Assembly: GCA_028534125.1 (NCBI GenBank)
Contig: CM052816.1
Coordinates: 22,508,001-22,572,000, forward strand
DNA length: 64,000 bases
Origin: Lama glama
Taxonomy: Eukaryota
Direction: 5' to 3'
The notes below the pieces were generated by a model. That model was not told the DNA's origin and made no database searches. It saw only the letters and a program-made list of their open reading frames with translations. The stretch's first letter is position 1. Each line of letters starts with the position of its first letter. Shown here in pieces: positions 1 to 14,199 of this stretch. A program made the position numbers and the translations under genes.

Positions 1-1770
1 ATCCAATCCACAGGTACTTGTGGCCCAGCTAAGTTCCTAGTAACCACCACAGAGAGTTTAGGGGCTCCCTTTTTCTGCCCAGTTCCCACTCATGGGAAGA
101 GGCCCTACATCTCCTGTGTGCATGGCACACTAAGAATATTGAGGCTCCCAGCTCATTCATAGGTCTGAGGTTCCAGACTAGGGAAGGAAAGTAATGAAGA
201 CCAGAGGCTACCACCCCCCATCCAGTGCCCATCAACTAAAATAGAAGTGTCACTCAGAGAAAAACGTACCACTTGTTCCCAACCCTAGCTCTAGGGCCAT
301 AGCTCAGAAATTCTGCCCTAGGGAAGAGAGCTCTGATGTTCCACGCAAGAGATCTTACTTTATTTGGATCAGAATGTTAAGTTTGAACCTAAGGGTCTAC
401 TCACAAAAAATGGAGGTTTTGGTAGAAAGCAGTTAAGAGTGGGATAGTAGCTTAATTACACATAAAAACTAATCCACAGACCAGCTAGTTTACCAGAAGA
501 ATTCAGGAAAAAGGAAAGCTACTAAGAAGAGCATTCCTGGAGTCAGAGCAAATCTCAAAAATTGGCCTCAACTACTCTCCCTGCAAAGGACCGTGAACGT
601 AACTAGATTAGTCTGTGGCACAATTTATACCCTAGAGCACTGTTGAAAACAATGGAGTAATCAGTTAGTAATTAGAGGAGCTTAACAGATGGGTGTGGTC
701 AGGGAAAGAAACAGTCTAAGAGACTGTGAACATGTCAAATGCTATAAATATCCCCTGAGGAGCAACACTTGAGAGTTCACAATGCAGGAAGGAAAGAGAC
801 AAATAACCCAACAAGCTACTAAACAAATAAACAAGCAAACACCAGTAACAATCTCTATAGGAGGTTCAGGGCCGGGGGAGGGTGCTGGTAGGCAGAAATG
901 TTCTAATATACTATCAGAATTGTCCTGTTTTTAACAAAAATGCAAAGAAACAGAAAAATGTGACACATACACAGAAAAATAAAAAAGCAAGCAATACAAA
1001 CTGCCTCTGAAAATAAAAGAGTCAGATTTAATTGACAAAGACTTGAAAGTAGTCACTGAAATATATTAAAAAAAAAAAAAACTAAAGGAAACCATGACTG
1101 AAGAAGCAGAGTATGAAGATGATGTCTTATCAAACAGAGAAATATACAGAGATAAAAACTATATAAAAAAAAAAGTCATATGGAAATTCTGGAGTTGAAA
1201 AGCATAATAACTGAAAAGAAAAATCCACTAGGGGAACTCAACAGTAGATTTGAACTGGGAGAACAAAGAATTAGAAAAACTTAAAGACAGATTGATAGAG
1301 ATTATGCAATTCAAAGAATGGAAAGAAAAAAATGAAAAATAAAGCCTCAAAGAAACGTAGGATGCCATTAAACTCATAAAAAAAACACATAATCAAGTAC
1401 TAAGAAGAGAGAGAGAGAGAGAAAGGAGAATGACAGAATAATAGATGTAGATGTCCCAGATTTAATGAAAAACAATCTACATACCTGAGAAGCTCAGTGA
1501 AATTCAAGTAGCATAAATACAAATCAACATGCAGACAATTCATAGTAAAAAATGCACAGAGCCAAAGATAAGGAGAAAATCTTGAAAATAGTAAAAGAAA
1601 AATTCCTTGTCACTTACCAAGGAATTCCAACAAACTTAATAGCTGATTTCTCATCAGAAAAATGGAGATCAGAAGGTAGTGGGAGTAATATACTAGAAAT
1701 GATCAAAGAAAAAAAAAACTGTCACCCAAGAATCATAAATCCAGAAAAAACTTATTTCAAAAATAAGGCA

Positions 1771-2004
1771 GACTGTTAACCACTATATATACAAATAGAT
1801 AGAAAACAAATTTCTCCGGTATAGCACAGGTAACATTATTCAGTATCTTGTAATAATCTTTAATGAAAAAGAATATGAAAAGAAATAAATGTGTTTATAT
1901 ATGCATGACTGAGACATTATGCTGTACACCAGAAACTGACACACTATAACTGACTATACTTCAGTAAATAAATAAATAAACAAACAAACAAACAAACAAA
2001 TAAG
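1771..2004 (+). mobile_element. 5'-truncated younger L1 3' end inserted in ORF1 of the old L1
   Basis: L1 3'UTR motif gctgtacaccagaaactgacac...actatacttcagtaaa followed by a (TAAA)n(CAAA)n tail. TSD AATAAGGCA at 1762-1770 and 2005-2013. Confidence 0.85.
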
Positions 2005-2019
2005 AATAAGGCAAAATAG

Positions 2020-2169
2020 CCCACCTACCAGTGAAGAACACAGTGCGAAGTTGGTCATCTGCAACCAGGAAGAAAAGTCTTACCAGAACCTATCCACACT
2101 GGCACCCTGATCTTGGACTTCCAATCCGCTGAACTGTGAGAAATGAATTTCTATTATTTATGAAAAAAA
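2020..2169 (+). mobile_element. MaLR (MLT1/MST-like) LTR 3' fragment
   Basis: Motif ggcaccctgatcttggacttcca...gaactgtgagaaatgaatttct, which resembles the LTR at ~36370-36445 in this window. Confidence 0.75.
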
Positions 2170-4122
2170 TTTGGCAAAACCCCCCCAAATTCTAGATCAA
2201 TCAAAACTGAGAGAATTTGTGTTGTTAGCAGACCTGTCTTACAAGTTTTCAGGCTGAAAATCAGTAACCGCAGGCAGTCACTAAAACACACAGAAAAAAA
2301 CAAAGAGCACTAGTAAGGTAATTACATAGTTGTAAAAGACAATATAAACGCATATTTCTCCTCCTTTCTTCTCTTGATTTAAAACGTAATTGTATAAAAC
2401 TAAATGTGTAGGGTCATATCTTTAGGCTTACAAGATGTAAAAATGTAAATTCATTTGCCAGTAACAGGACAAAAGAGATGATGAGAACTGGGATAAGGAA
2501 ATGACACCAGATGGTAACCTGAATCCACAAGAGCAAAAGAAGAGAACTAGCAATGGTAAATGAGATGGTTAATATAACAAATACTATAAATATACCCTTG
2601 CTTTCCTTTCTTCTCTTAGCTTCCTTAAAAGATACAAAATTATATAAAGCAATAATTATAACAATGCATTGTTGCCTTTGTGACACATATAGATGCAATA
2701 CATATAACAATAATAGCAAAAAATAGAGGAACATGGAATAGAGGTGTATGGAATTAATGTTTCTATGTCTCACTGGAATTAACTCAACAAAAATTTGACG
2801 TAGATTCTGACACCTCTGTGACTAACTATACTTCAATTAAAAAAAAGATGTATATGTTAAGCCCTAAAGGAACAAATTAAAAAAAAACATAAAAACTGTG
2901 AAAAATCATTGAAGAAATTAAATTGTTAACATGTCAGAAAAAATATTTAAGAAAAAGAAAGCAGTAAAGGAGGAACAGAGAAACAAAAAAGATGTGATAC
3001 ATACAGAAAACAAAAGTAATAATACAAATGTAAATCTTAACTATATCAATAAAAACATTAAATGTGCACAAATTAAGTAATCCAAGCAAAAGACAGAGAT
3101 TGCCAACTGGATTAAAAAGAAGAAGATCCAACTATGTGCTGTGTACAAGAGACACACTTTAGATTCAAAGATACAAATAGATTAAAAGTTAAAGGATGGA
3201 AAAAGATACATTATGGAGACAGCAACCATAACAAAGCTAGAGTGGCTATCCTAGTATCAGACAATATGATTTAAAACAAAATTACTAGAGATAAAGCTAG
3301 TCATTTTATAAAAGAGTCATGATAAAGACAGGCAATTTATAATAGTAAATTTTTATAGAAAGGCAAATCCACCTGGCATATATAACAAATTATAAACAAA
3401 TATGTACCTAAGAACTGGGCACCAAAATACATAAAGCAAAAACTTACAGGAATGAAGGGAGAAATAATCAATTCAACAGTGCTAGTTACAGATCTTAATA
3501 CTTCACTGTAAGTAATGAACAGAACAACTGACAAAAGATGAACAAGGAAATGAAAACTGCACCACCACCACAAAACAACTAGACCTAACAGACATCTATA
3601 GAACACTCCACCCAACAATGTGTACATGGAACTTTCTCCAGGTAAATTACAAGCTAAGTTGTAAAATAAACTTCATAGTATTCTCCAACCATAATGAAAT
3701 ATAATTAGAAATAATAACAGAAAGAAATTTGGGAAACTCACAAATACACAGATACTAAACAACACACTTGTAAATAATAGATGGGTCAAAAGTATTTTCT
3801 CATTCACCTGTAATTTAAGATGAATGAAAATGAACACACAGAATACCAAAACTTATTCAATGCAGTTATAAAAGCAATGCTCAGAGGGAAATTTATAGCT
3901 ATAAATACCTATAAAAAAGAATAAGAAAGATTTCAAATCAACAGAATAACCATTTACCTTAAGACACTGCAGGGAAATGACAACCTAAACCCAAAGCAAA
4001 TAGAAGGAAGGGAATAATAGAGATAAAGGAGAGGTAAAGGAAAGAAGAATGGAAAAAACAGTGGAGAAGATTAATGAAATCAAAAGTTGGTTCTGTGAAA
4101 AGATCAAAATTGACAAACCTTT

Positions 4123-4412
4123 AAGAGTACAAACTTCTAACTATAAGATGACTAAGTTCTGGAGGTCTAGCATACAGCACAGTGATTATAGTTAATAATA
4201 CTGTATCATAAACTTGAAAGTTTCTAAAGGAGTAGATCTTAAATGTTCTCACCAGAAAAAAGAAATGATAATTATGTGACACTATGGAGGTCTTAGCTAA
4301 TGCTAGAGTGGTAATAATTTTGCAACACATAAGCATATCAAATTAACACACTGTATACCATAACCTTACACAGTATTATATATCAATTATATCTCAATAA
4401 ATCTGGGAAGAA
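4123..4412 (+). mobile_element. L1MA-like 3' end inserted in ORF2 of the old L1
   Basis: Typical 3'UTR text gtagatcttaaatgttctcacc...tcaattatatctcaataaa. Host ORF2 breaks at gacaaacctttaa and resumes at aaatctttagct, a degenerate TSD. Confidence 0.8.
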
Positions 4413-6149
4413 ATTAAGAAATCTTTAGCTACGTTTACTAAGAAAAGAGAGAAGACTAAAATCAGGAATAAAAGTGAGGACATTACTACCAACCTTACAG
4501 AAATAAAAATTATTATTAAGAAATACTATGAACAATGTATGCTAAAAATTGCATAATTTAGATGAAATGAACAAATTACTAAAACCAAAAGGCAAAATGA
4601 AAAAAATGACTCAAACTGATTCAAGAAGAAAGAGGTAAACTGAATAGTTTTATAACAAATAAAGAGACTAAATAAGTAGTCAAAAATATCCACCCAAGCC
4701 CAAGCCAAGATGGTTGCACTGTTGAATTTAGCCAAAGATTTAAATAAGAATTAATACCAAATCTTCACACACACAAAAAAAAAATCAAAAAGGAAGGAAT
4801 ACTCTCCAACTCACTCTGTGAGGTTCTAGTAACCTAAATCTGACAAAAACATCACAAGAAACTACAGGCCAGTATCTCTTAAGAATATAAGTACAAAACT
4901 CCCCAACAAAATACTAGCAAACCAAGTCCAGCAATACATAAAAAGGATAATATACCATGACTAAATTGAATTATTTCAGCTAATATTCATACTTTATGGT
5001 GGAGGCTAAATGCTTTCTCCCTAAGATCAGGAAGAAGACAAGGATATTCACTTTTACCACTTCTATTCCACATTATACTGAACGTTCTAGTGAGGTCAAT
5101 TAGGCAAGAAAACGAAATGAATGGCAACCAGATTGGAAAGGAAGAGGTAAGATGTTGTTCGCAGAATACATGATCTAGTGTATAGAAAATCCTAACAACT
5201 CTTCTAAGAATTACTGCAACTAATAAACAAGTCCAACAGGATGCAGAATAGAATCTCAAGACATAAAGAGTTTATTGTAATTCTACACACATAACTCATA
5301 ATCCAAAAAGAAAATCAAGAAAACAATTCCATTTATAACAGAATCGAAAGAATAAAATATGTGGGAATAAATTTAACAAAAGAAGTGCAAAACTTATACT
5401 CTGAAAACTATAAACCACTGTTGAAAGAAATTAAAGGAGATCTAAATAGATGGAAAGGCATCCCATGTTCATGGATCAGAAGACTTAATATTGTTAACGT
5501 ATCTATGCTTCTTAACTTGATCTACAGATTCAGTGCAATCCTGATAAGGATTTTCTAATTGTATTCCTGGTAAACATATGTATCATAAGATACTATTAGA
5601 TATTCAGCGTAAGCAAATGAGCAAGAAGCAAACTCTTCTCTGGTCAAAGAGAGTTGGAAAAATAAACTAATCAAACTTAAAGAATTTTATTTAACATAGG
5701 ACTTGGCAGCAACTTTAATATGCTCACAAGCATGTGACTTGGCATTGTCCAAATTTATTTTACACACGCCTTTTTTTCTTTGGACCATACAGTAACAGAT
5801 CAAGGGCCATTAGTATTCTCCAACACATATTTTGAGAAACGCTGTCCCAAGTGATATTCGTTCATTGTATTGATCTACGTCCTCTGTCTCCCTAGCTAAC
5901 ACCATGAGGTAATCAGTCAGAGAGAGGAGTCAGAAAATTAAGTTCATGTGCATCTCAACAGGATTTCTGAAAAGCTTCACATAAACTGCCCATCCAAAAC
6001 ACAAACACTCCTTTTTAGTGATAGTGCATAGAAAGGATTTTATCAGCTTGGAAATCACACGTACAGATGCTAGTGAATGATGAATGGCTTCTCTTATTAG
6101 CACAAGGTTTACAGTACTTCCAAATTGCCTAACAGTGTCCAAGGAAGTA

Positions 6150-6640
6150 ATTAACACACCAAAACAAGGATATATCAGTGAACTCAGCAAAATCTCGAGT
6201 GTAGGATCTCTACAGGTCAAACAACCTGAGTTATTCAGTTAATAAAGAATATAAAATAAGATGCGGGGGGAACATTTAGATTAAGAAATATTTTAAAACA
6301 CTTTTTTTAAATGGGCAAAATTAATTGTAGTGTTTAGAGATACATATTTGGGTGGAAATGTTTTTAAAAATGCAAGGAAATCATAATGATGAAAATCAGA
6401 GGAGTAGTTACTTTTATGAAGAAAAGGAGGAGTTGCGTTTGGGACAGGGAATGTGGAGAGCTTCTGGACTGACTGGCAGAGCTCTTTTTCTTGACCTTTG
6501 TGATGGTTCACCTTTTAGTAATTCATTATGCTATAATAATTCTTTATGCTATGTATAGCAATCCACGTGTTCTATTCATTATGCTGTAAGTAGTTTTCTC
6601 AACCTGTGTTTAATATTACAATCAAAAATGTTTTTATAAA
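6150..6640 (+). mobile_element. Ancient L1 (L1MC/L1ME-like) 3'UTR fragments
   Basis: ggcaaaattaattgtagtgtttagagatacatatttgggtgg...gtagttactttt...tttcttgacct resembles old L1 3' ends. Confidence 0.55.
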
Positions 6641-8105
6641 TAAATATATATCAAGGGTATATATCCCCATTCTACTTCTACAGAAAGTTGGCCTTTGGAA
6701 AAGTGGGGTAGATTTTAGCATCTTTTCCCCTAATATTCAGTATCTTCCTATGTTACCACATTAAGGTATATAACATTTGCAGATTCATTAAAAGATATGG
6801 GATTATAACCTTCTGATGACACTACTTTCTTTCCTTTGTTCTTCACACACAGAACTAGATTAAAATATTCATGTGGTATGCAACTATTTAAAAAAAAAGT
6901 TCTAAATAGTTCTTTACGGATGCCATCAAAATTTATTACAAGGTTATCCATTTTTTTCAAATGCAATAAGACATTCATAATATGCTCTCCTCATGAGGTA
7001 TGCAATTCAGTTTTACCTTGTACAGTAATTAAATTGAATTTCTGACACTGTGAATAATGAAGTCTAGGATATAGAAGGACAAGTGATTCAAAAGTTGACT
7101 GGAATGATTAAAAATAATGCAAACATTGAAAAATGTGTTGTAAACTATTCAAAAAGGGGAAATTTTTATTATACTTAGTACAATAAAAAGTGACTTAATC
7201 TAAATATTACCATATACACTTGAAAATTCCTAAGTATAAATTCTGTTAAATCCAACTGCATACAGGGCTTGGACTGTATGGGAACTGAAGACAAATGAAT
7301 AAAGTATGCCAAACTACGAAACACATAATAACTCATCTTCTTGCTAGTTCTTAGATGTATATGATGTGACTGATTGCCAATATGATGCCAATATTTACTA
7401 TCTAAATTCAACTTAAAGCTTCCACCGTTACCATTAGTATACAGTAAAAAAAATCACATAATGTAAAATTCATTCCTTTCTACGGGAAAAAATTTCAGTC
7501 ATCAATGAGAAGAATAACATATTAACCTATTAAGATTACATTATATATAAGTTATAAATACCCTAGTCACTGGAAAAAAAAGGCAAAGGACAGACAGGAG
7601 CAGGGGGAGGGGAAGGGAAGAGCTGATATTAAAGACCATATCATGGTGCATGGAACACGGTTCTAGGATGACCTAAGCAAGAAACACCCTGGGCCACACT
7701 GCATGATCACAGGAGTCCTCATTCATATTGTATCTATGTAACCGGTATCTGTTGGGAGATACTCTATATGAATCAAAATGTTAACATGGCTCCTGAGCCC
7801 AACACTGGGGCCATCCCTCGGAAGGTAAATTTGGAAAGTATGACACTGTGATAATTAGCTTGGTAAACTGAAGTCTAGAAGATAAAGATAAAAAGTTGGA
7901 AAGACAAACTTCCCCTCTCTGCCTATGTCATGAGGTAACACTAGTCTTCCTTCTGACTCTTCTCACTTCCATGAGGGCCCTTTTGAGCAGTATCTCCAAT
8001 TAAGGGTTTAATTCTATAAAGAATTATTGTCTCTTATTCCTAGAAGAGAACATTTAGGAGTCCTGAGGTCCAGAGTATTTTAGCAACAATAAACACTCAA
8101 TGGCT

Positions 8106-8258
8106 GGGGGAGGGTGTAGCTCATGGGGAGACCACATGCTTGGCATGCTTGAGGTCTTGGGTTCAATCCCCAGTACTTCTATTTAAAAATTAAATAAATA
8201 AATAAACGTAATCACCCCCCCCAAAAAAGCTTAAAAAAAGGAATAAAAAAAAAAAAGG
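8106..8258 (+). mobile_element. tRNA-derived SINE (camelid vic-1-like)
   Basis: Pol III A-box-like TAGCTCATGG (~8117) and B-box GGTTCAATCCC (8160-8170), A-rich tail, TSD ACTCAATGG at 8095-8103 and 8260-8268. Confidence 0.85.
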
Positions 8259-10641
8259 AACTCAATGGTTATCTGAAGCATGCACAGAAAAGAAAATGTA
8301 ATTACAAAGACATGTGTTTTTGGCTTGATAGAGTGGCTTGCAGAAGACCAGTATTTCCACTGAGAACAATTAGAAAAACTAAACAAAATAAAACAGAAAT
8401 GATTTGAATGAATCAGAAATATAATGAATCAGCCAGGGCATGAGTGTCTACATTGCAGAAAGATGAGCAGCACAATTTTCTTCAGGTCACTTTTCCTCTC
8501 AGGGAATTTTCCATTTCTAAGAAACATGCATGAGGAGTACAGAACAGAGGGTGGCAGAGGAGTCATCAGGGTTTTAGGCAAACCCAGGGATATGGAGACA
8601 ATTTGAAGTTTGAGACTGCAAAGGGAGGCAGAGTGTGAGCCAGGATGTAAGGCAGTCAATATTCCCGAGATGTGAGACACACACAGAAGAGTACAGCCAA
8701 TAGGAAACCCTGTTGTCTTAAGACATTTGTTGATTAAGCAATGTAGGGCAAAAGGTTAATTAAGCAGAACCCAAAGCAGGTAAAAACTAGAGTGAAAGTT
8801 TTGATAATCTCAAGTATCAGAGACAGAAAAATTGGAGTTCATGACTTACTGAAGAAAAGGTATGTAGGGAGCACCCTAGGCTCTCAGTTGGAAACCTGAA
8901 AGGCTTCACCCTGGGAGTTAGGGGAAGAAACAGGAATACACACACAAAGATTGCAAAAGAGCTTCAAGTTGGCTCAGGTTCTCACTGGGCTGAGATAACT
9001 GGCCCCTCTGACACTAGCAAGAGGATGGGAGAATCCTCCCAGGAGGAAGAAACATCTTCCAGAGCCTCAAAATTCTCAGATGATGCCAACATTTACTCAA
9101 ACTTTCCAAGTGCAGCAAGAAGCAGGACCAAGAAAAAAAGAAACAGATACACAACTAGATATTGAAGTTATCTGTCACTGACTTTAAGATCACTGGGATG
9201 ATTAATGTATTCAAGAAAATAAATGATAAGGTAAAGAGTTTCAAATGGAAACTACAGAACACAAAAACACAATGACTAAAAATTAAAACTCTAAGGAATT
9301 TAATGGCAGACAGAAGTCAACTCAAGACATCTTTTGTGATCTGGGAGATGGGTCAGTAGAAAAATATCAGAACTCAAGCACAAGATTAAAACAAATAGAG
9401 CATGAAAGACATATAGACTATGGTATAAACTTTTAAATAACATGTAATTGGAGTCCAAATGGGGAGGAGAAAGGGAATGGAGCAAAAGCAATAAATGAAG
9501 ACTTTGGCTGAGATTTTTCCAAAATTGTAAAAAGACATCAAATTACAGATTTAACAAGCAGTATGACCTCATGCAGTAGGTTATATAACAACAAAGGAAA
9601 TCCATCTAGGCACATCATAACAAAACCAAAAATAAAGATTCAATCTTAAAACCAGCCGCAGAATAAAAGACACATTTCCTTCAACAAAATGACTGAAGTC
9701 ACAGGATGTAGCATGATTTTTCCAAAGTGCTGAAAGAGAATAAACTGCCAACCTAGATGTCTATACAAAGCAAAAATATCTTTTAAAAGTGAAGGTGAAA
9801 TGAAGACATTTTTAGACAGGAAAAAAAATACCAGAGAATTTGTCAAGAGTAGAAATAATAAAGGGAGTTCTTCAGAGATAAGAAAATTGGTCCTGATCTC
9901 AGATGGAAATATAAGATTGTAGAGAGGAATGAAGACCAAAAGAATGAGCAAAGACATGCATACATCTAAAAGAATATTGATCACACAAAACAATAATACA
10001 TGGCAGGACTTAAAATATATAGAAAACTAAAATTCAAGAAAATAGTAATTTTAAAAGGCAGTTGCAAAAATGGCGATAGAGGGATGTGAGGTTGTACTAT
10101 TACCCAGGGATACTACACTTATGAAGTGGCAAAAATATTAATTTATATTAGATTGTAGGTCAAGTTAAGGATTCATGTTGTAATCTCTAGTGTAAAAAAC
10201 AGAAATAAAAAGAATACAGGTAAAGCAAAAGAACAGTAAAAGAATGTATAACAAGAGTGAGAACTTACAATAATAAAGCTAACATATAATAAAAGCAAGG
10301 CAGATAGAATATGCAAAGATGGAACAACAGAAATGAAATTATTAGGCAACAGACACATCCAAAGATACCAGTAATTACACCAATTGTACATAGTCTAAAT
10401 GCTCTAACGAAAAAACAAGGATTCTTTAGACCAGACTGTAAACAACTATATGTTGCTTAAAAAGATGAACAACAGCAACAACAAAAGCTAAAGGCAAAAG
10501 GAGAAAGCATATACAGTGCAAACACCAACTTAAAAAGTCAAATGAAAACTGTTGCAGCATTTGTAAAAATACAAAAGAAGTTATTTCTAGAAATAAAAAG
10601 TCATTTCAGAGTAACAAATGGGTCAAGCCATCAGAAAGATG

Positions 10642-11286
10642 CTCCATATCAGTAATTATCAGAGAAATGCAAATCAAAACTACAATGAGGTATCACCTCA
10701 CACCAGTCAGAATGGCCGTCGTTCAAAAATCCATAAATGACAAATGCTGGAGAGCTGTGGAGAAAGGGGAACCCTCCTACACTGCTGGTGGGAATGCAGT
10801 TTGGTGCAGCCACNNNNNNNNNNNNNNNNNNNNNNNNNNNNNNNNNNNNNNNNNNNNNNNNNNNNNNNNNNNNNNNNNNNNNNNNNNNNNNNNNNNNNNN
10901 NNNNNNNNNNNNNTAAAGTAAGCCAGAAAGAGAAAGAAAAATACCATATGAGATCGCTCATATGTGGAGTCTAAAAAACAAACAAACAAAAACAAAGCGT
11001 AAATACAGGACAGAAATAGACTTATAGACAGAGAATACAGACTTATGGTTGCTAGGGGGGCGGAGGGTGAGAAGGGGTAGACTGGGATTTAAAATTGTAG
11101 AATAGATAAACAAGATTATACTGTATAGCACAGGGAAATATACACAAAATGTTATGATAAATCACAGAGAAAAAACTGTGACAATGAGTGTGTATATGCC
11201 CATGTATGACTGAAAAATTGTGCTGAACACTGGAATTTGACATAACATTGTAAAATGATTACAAATCAATAAAAAATGTTAAAAAA
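10642..11286 (+). mobile_element. Young lineage-specific L1 3' fragment (contains assembly gap)
   Basis: ORF2 C-terminal peptide [17 protein letters not shown]...[18 protein letters not shown], then 3'UTR and A tail. TSD AGAAAGATG at 10633-10641 and 11287-11295. Confidence 0.9.
10814..10913. other. Assembly gap (100 N)
   Basis: Run of N. Confidence 1.
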
Positions 11287-12531
11287 AGAAAGATGTAACA
11301 TTTCTAAATTTTAAAACACATAAGGTGAACTGTACCATAGTAAATCTTCATAGAATTAAAAGCAGAAATAAACAAATAGGTAAACTTAACAGAAAAGCTT
11401 AACACACCCCTCTCACAAAGTGATAGAATAAGACAAACATCAGTAAAGACTCTGAACAAGATTAACAAATTTGACCTGATATATAGGAAACATCACACTT
11501 GATAACGACAGTACACATTTGTTTCAAGTGCATTTGGAAAGCTTGCTAATACTGACAATATGCTGAGACATAGGGAAAAAGTCACAACAATTTGAAATAA
11601 TTGAAATAACTCAGGGTATGTTTTCTGACCATTGAGGAATCAAGCTAAAATTAATAACCAAAAGCTAATAATTTTCCAAATACTTCTACAAACATACTTC
11701 AAAATACCTATCAACCATATTTTAAAATTATTCTTAAGTCAATGGGGGAATCATAAAAAAATTAGAAAATTTTAAGCTGAATAATGATGAAAATATGTCA
11801 TCATTTTTTGGTGTACAACTAATATTAAGCTTAGAAAAAAACTTATAACACCAAATATATGAGGAGAAAAAGCCTGAAAATCAATTGACTTAAATATCCT
11901 ATCTGAAGAAGTTTGAATGGAAATGCAGTTTTACTCAAAGAAATTAAAAGGAAGGAGATAATAATTATAAAAGCAGAATTGAGTAAAATAGAAAAAGAAG
12001 TATAACAGAAAAAAATCAAAGTTACAAATTGGTTTTTTTGAAAACACTAATAAAAATATGTTACTAGAAAGATCTTTAAAAGAACAAGAACACACATATT
12101 ACCCAAATCAGAAATTAATTAGTTCATCTGTAATGTATCATTACAGATCCTGAAAACATTCAAAGGATCAAAAGAAGATATTTATCTTTAACTTTATCCA
12201 GTAAATTAAAAAATTCACATGAAAAGGAAAATTGCTTAACAAGTACAATGTACCAAGAAGATACAGAAAATCTAAATTGTCCTATATACACTTTAAAAGT
12301 TGAATCTGCAATGAAAAATCTTTTTATTAATCTTTTCATGATAAAATCTCTTCTGATGGAGGTTATTAATGGGTCACCTGTAAAATTTTCCAAATATTTA
12401 AAAAGAATAGTGCTAATCTTAAAGAAACTCTGAGAGAACAGAAAAGAAAAAACCACTTCCTAACTCATTGTATGAAGTGAGGATAATCTTGTTACAAAAA
12501 TCTGCCAGGGACATTATAGGAAAAGATATTT

Positions 12532-12593
12532 TATATATGTATATATACACACACACACACGCACATGCACGTGCACACACACACACACACACA
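12532..12593. repeat. (TA)n(CA)n microsatellite at the start of an L1 3' insertion
   Basis: Directly visible alternating purine-pyrimidine tract. Confidence 0.95.
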
Positions 12594-13070
12594 TAGACAA
12601 TGGAATACTACTCAGCCTTTACAAAGAATAAAACCATTTGCAGCAACATGGATGGAGCTGGAGATTGTCACAATAAATGAAGTAAGCCAAAAAGAGAAAG
12701 AAAAATACCATATGATATCACTTATATGTGGAATATAAAAAAATGAGGCAAATGAACTTATTTACAAAACAGAAAACATTAACTCACAGACACAGAAAAC
12801 AAACTTGTGGTTACCAGGGGAAAAAGGGGGGGGGATGGAGGGATAAATTGGGAGTCTGGGATTTATAGATACTAACTACTATATCTAAAATAGATAAACA
12901 GCAAGGTCCTACTGTATAGCACAAGGAACTATATTCAATACCTTGTAATAGCTTGTAAGGAAAGAGAATATGAAAAGGAATATGTATATGTGTATAAGTC
13001 AATCACTATGCTGTACACCAGAAATTAACACAACATTGTAAGCTGGCTATATATCAATTAAAAAAAAAAA
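12594..13070 (+). mobile_element. L1 3' end nested in the older L1
   Basis: caatggaatactactcagcc...gaagtaagccaaaaagagaaag...gctgtacaccagaaattaacacaacattg, then poly(A). Confidence 0.88.
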
Positions 13071-14199
13071 CCCCCAAAACTGAAGTTTTCTGTTTTGAGA
13101 ACATAAATGCGAAAATTAAAAAAAATCAAACCCAGCAGCAAATTAAAAAAAATAGTATATCACAATCAAGTAGGATTTATTTTAGAAATGAAAATGAAAA
13201 GTTGTTTTAATATGAAAAAAAATCAGCAAATGTAATTTGTCATGTTAACAGAATAAATAAAAATCATATGATCAATTAAACAAAGAAAAAAGCATTTATA
13301 AAGTGCAACACCTATCCATGACTAAAAGAATTTTAAAACTTCTTAACAAACTAAGAGTAAACGAGAACTTTGTTAAACTAATAAAGAGGGCCAACAAAAA
13401 ACCTATATGGTCCTAAAAAAATGACATAGCTTGAAAAAGAAAAAATTGTAAGGGTTTGAATGGATTAAGCCTGTTATAATTCATAAGTTACATATCTTCT
13501 ACATATAAAATCCAAAAGATTTACAATCTGGAATTAATAGGTGAACTAACAAAGTATGCTAGATAAAAGGCTAATATAAAATATTAATTTTTAATACAAG
13601 GAAAACTTCAAAGATATACATGAAAGTCCTTAAATTTAACAAAAGATGTATAAAACCTCTGCACAGAAAACTATAAAATATTACTGACAGAAATCAGTGA
13701 AGACCTAGGTAAACAGAAGATTATGTATGACCATGTAATGGAAACCTTAATATCACAAATAGGCCAATTCTCCATGAACTTATCTCTTATCTGTAGATTC
13801 AATGCAATTTCAGTCAAAATCCCAGGAGGCAATCTTATGTACATTTATGAGGTAATTCTAAGATTTAAATAAGAGACACATAAAATAAAAAATAGCTAGT
13901 ATTTAAAAAGAAAATGCTCTATGTTGAGTATTATTTTTGTTTTACATGGCATTATGTTTACATAGCACTATCTTTTCTTCTCCTCCTCCATTTTTTTTTT
14001 TAACAATGAGGGGCCCTTTGACTGTAACACAGGATCACAGGCATTACAAAGTTCTCTAGGAACTGGTGAGACCAACCCTGAAGTCCTCATCTATGAGTCT
14101 ACCTATTCAGAATCTGCTAACTCAATATAGGAAACATACAGAGTAGAAATAAATGAACAGATAAAATCTTTAAGGTTTTATAAAACAACCATGGTCCTT

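Larger units (their letters stand above)
1..5555 (+). mobile_element. Old, decayed LINE-1 (L1M-type): 5'UTR-like region, ORF1 remnant (~950-2260), long inter-ORF region, ORF2 remnant (~3030-5555), interrupted by younger insertions
   Basis: ORF1-like peptide KDKEKILK...TYQG...LIADFSSE...PRIINPEK (ORF 1552-1779). Endonuclease-like DNA reading ...DPT.CC.QETHFRFKDTNRLKVKGWKKI (~3125-3210). RT-region peptide [44 protein letters not shown] (ORF 5361-5558). Many stops and frameshifts. Confidence 0.9.
8320..13900 (+). mobile_element. Ancient decayed LINE-1 (L1ME/MD-like) with ORF1 (~9150-9900) and ORF2 (~10370-13870) remnants
   Basis: ORF1-like DNA (catgtaattggagtcc, aactgccaacctagatgtctatac, gaaggtgaaatgaagacatttttagac). 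ORF2-like DNA (ttttctgaccattgaggaatcaagcta, gaaaactataaaatattactga, gattcaatgcaatttcagtcaaaatccca). Strong A-skew on the + strand. Confidence 0.8.

Noticed and set aside
3030..5555. Functional reverse transcriptase/endonuclease gene
   Set aside because: Multiple stops, frameshifts, an apparent deletion near 4985 and a nested insertion.
5700..5845. Possible hAT/MER5-like end (attttgagaaacgctg)
   Set aside because: Only one terminus-like motif is visible and it is too degenerate to call.
8106..8180. tRNA gene
   Set aside because: Degenerate stems, an A-rich tail and a TSD identify it as a SINE.
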